From the NCBI GenBank assembly GCA_013334575.1, contig JAAXXG010000004.1, positions 18,464-82,463 of the forward strand: DNA of 64,000 nucleotides, read 5' to 3'. Positions 62,756-64,000 of this stretch are shown piece after piece. The translations under genes were made by a program, and so were the position numbers. Source of the stretch: Candidatus Moraniibacteriota bacterium (GTDB taxonomy: Bacteria; Patescibacteriota; Minisyncoccia; Moranbacterales; UBA1568). Numbering within the stretch: position 1 is the stretch's first letter; each line of letters opens with the position of its first letter. The notes beneath the pieces are model-generated. The model was given only the letters and a program-made list of their open reading frames with translations, was not told the DNA's origin and made no database searches.

Positions 62756-63298
62756 ATGATCGAAGAGATGGCGTATTCTTATTCTGGTCTAGAAGAAGGG
62801 CTTTCCACAGGCGTTGTTCCTGAATCTTTTCGGAGTTCCTGGCAGAATTCTTTAGTAGGTGTAGAAAAAATTGCGACTGAAAACGATGATCCAGATAAAA
62901 GCATACTAGCAAAGTATCAGTTAAAGCAGAAATCAGAAATAGACAGCTTAGTGAAACAAGTAAGAGAGTCTCTGGATGAAATAAAAGAGAAAGAAAATGA
63001 TTTTGATAAAGAATTAAAACGGCATAAGTCAGATTTAGGTAATACAAACAATTTCTTAGTTGGCGTCGTTGTCGCTGTTGTTTTATTTTTTGTGACGACA
63101 CTAACGACGGTATTCTGGGAATTGATACTCTCAAATAAAGCAACAAGCGAGCTGAACCTTCAGTACAATCAGAATTATAAGAATTATTCAGACCGGATTA
63201 TTTCTCAGAAGGATGAAATTGATTCTCTGCAAAGGGAAGTTGATGCTACGAGAAATGAAATTCAGCGCTTGCGAGATAGAAATCAATATCTGAAGTGA
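62756..63298 (+). CDS. hypothetical coiled-coil protein with one central TM helix (AT-rich)
   Basis: 180 aa. Lys/Glu-rich heptad-like segments flank FLVGVVVAVVLFFVTTLTTVFW. Markedly lower GC. Confidence 0.45.
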   Translation: MIEEMAYSYSGLEEGLSTGVVPESFRSSWQNSLVGVEKIATENDDPDKSILAKYQLKQKSEIDSLVKQVRESLDEIKEKENDFDKELKRHKSDLGNTNNFLVGVVVAVVLFFVTTLTTVFWELILSNKATSELNLQYNQNYKNYSDRIISQKDEIDSLQREVDATRNEIQRLRDRNQYLK

Positions 63299-63459
63299 TT
63301 TTTTCCTTTGTAAATTCATGATCGACCTTAAGCAACAGACCATCGAGACATACGAGCGGGCTACGCGGGAGATGGTGCGCGAGTGAACTCATTTTTCTGT
63401 CATTCCGGACTTGATCCGGAATCTACGGCTTCCGTTCAGATGCGTTTTTTGGTCTGATT

Positions 63460-63487
63460 TACTACCATATTACGTAATATGGTAGTA
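63460..63487. promoter_or_regulatory. 28-bp perfect palindrome, candidate operator
   Basis: TACTACCATATTACGTAATATGGTAGTA, about 210 bp upstream of the LysE-family gene. Confidence 0.45.
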
Positions 63488-63696
63488 CTGGGTTGGAATC
63501 GAATGTGGGGTATTTTTTGGATGGCGCGGGCGGTTGTCGTTTTTCGTCAGGAATGACGAACCCCTCGCAATGTTGGAAAAGAGTGAAGATTTTGTTTGCA
63601 GTAAAACTTATCGTCCTGGATCCCGGGTCAAGCCCGGGATGACGGGGTTGTATGATTCATATATGCTGTTGGAGTGAAACGAAAAACGTAGAACAT

Positions 63697-64000
63697 ATGC
63701 TGCTACTGACAACGCTTCTCGAAACGTTCCTGCTCGGGCTGGTGGGCGGGGCGGTGCCCGGGCCGATGATGGCGTCGGTCTTCGCCGAGGTGCTCGGGCG
63801 CGGGTTCGCGCGGAGTCTGCGCGTCGTCTTTCGTGCGCTCGTCGCCGAATCGCTCGTCGCGCTCATTGTACTTCTGGTCTTCTCCGGACTGTCCGTTCCC
63901 GAGTCGGCGTTCCATCTCGTCTCGATCGCCGGGGCGGGCGTGCTCTTGTGGCTCGCCTTTCAGGTCTGGCATATATCGTCGGTGCCCGAGGAAGGTGGCG
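63697..64000 (+). CDS. LysE/RhtB family amino-acid exporter (partial, runs off window end)
   Basis: MLLLTTLLETFLLGLVGGAVPGPMMASVFAEVLGRGFARSL. The N-terminal GxxPGP motif is characteristic of LysE-type translocators. Confidence 0.6.
   Translation, partial: MLLLTTLLETFLLGLVGGAVPGPMMASVFAEVLGRGFARSLRVVFRALVAESLVALIVLLVFSGLSVPESAFHLVSIAGAGVLLWLAFQVWHISSVPEEGG

Overview
This is a high-GC bacterial chromosome segment. All calls below are by-eye motif calls. The housekeeping genes have a Gram-positive-like flavour (RNase Y, trigger factor, ClpP, HU, NusA, IF-2). Several families are typical of small-genome Patescibacteria/CPR-like organisms: DUF4012, DUF4446, VirB2/TrbC-like T4SS pilin-like small proteins, a lamin-tail-domain (LTD) giant secreted protein and a TrmB regulator.

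Confidently recognisable genes: cca, infB, a SulP/STAS anion transporter, an SDR oxidoreductase, a SAM methyltransferase, an ABC solute-binding lipoprotein, nusA, ppa, tig, clpP, gpmI, rny, hup, an FNR-like oxidoreductase, an FKBP PPIase, thrS, a NUDIX hydrolase, gldA, a plant-type class II ilvC, an Amidase_2 cell-wall amidase, rdgB, rpoB, rpoC, a Pif1-like helicase, a DinD/Bro-N protein, dapB, an SDH-family ClpP-fold protease and a partial LysE exporter.

Four tRNAs are present: Ser-CGA, Pro-TGG, Gly-TCC and Gly-CCC. I found no rRNA, no CRISPR array and no transposase or integrase ORFs.

The most interesting unexplained structures are:
1. Around 54.0-59.7 kb, a tandem array of four highly diverged paralogous ~200-aa proteins sits head-to-head with a Pif1-like helicase whose C-terminal HTH tail is encoded by a palindrome-cored repeat. 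That repeat recurs twice more downstream and brackets a DinD/Bro-N gene and dapB.
2. Three of the four tRNA loci (Ser, Pro, Gly-TCC) carry adjacent partial tRNA copies that break at the same T-loop position (TTCG^A(A/T)TCC). The breakpoint is filled by a related two-hairpin GC-rich element, and no recombinase gene is visible.
3. A four-gene cluster of T4SS-pilin-like proteins, including a fused double-pilin protein with a Cys/Thr-rich internally repeated ectodomain.
4. AT-richer islands at 6.5-7.7 kb, 34.3-34.9 kb and 60.85-63.3 kb, the last carrying the SDH protease plus a coiled-coil membrane protein.

Many long ORFs in the six-frame track are antisense artefacts of the high GC content and were rejected.
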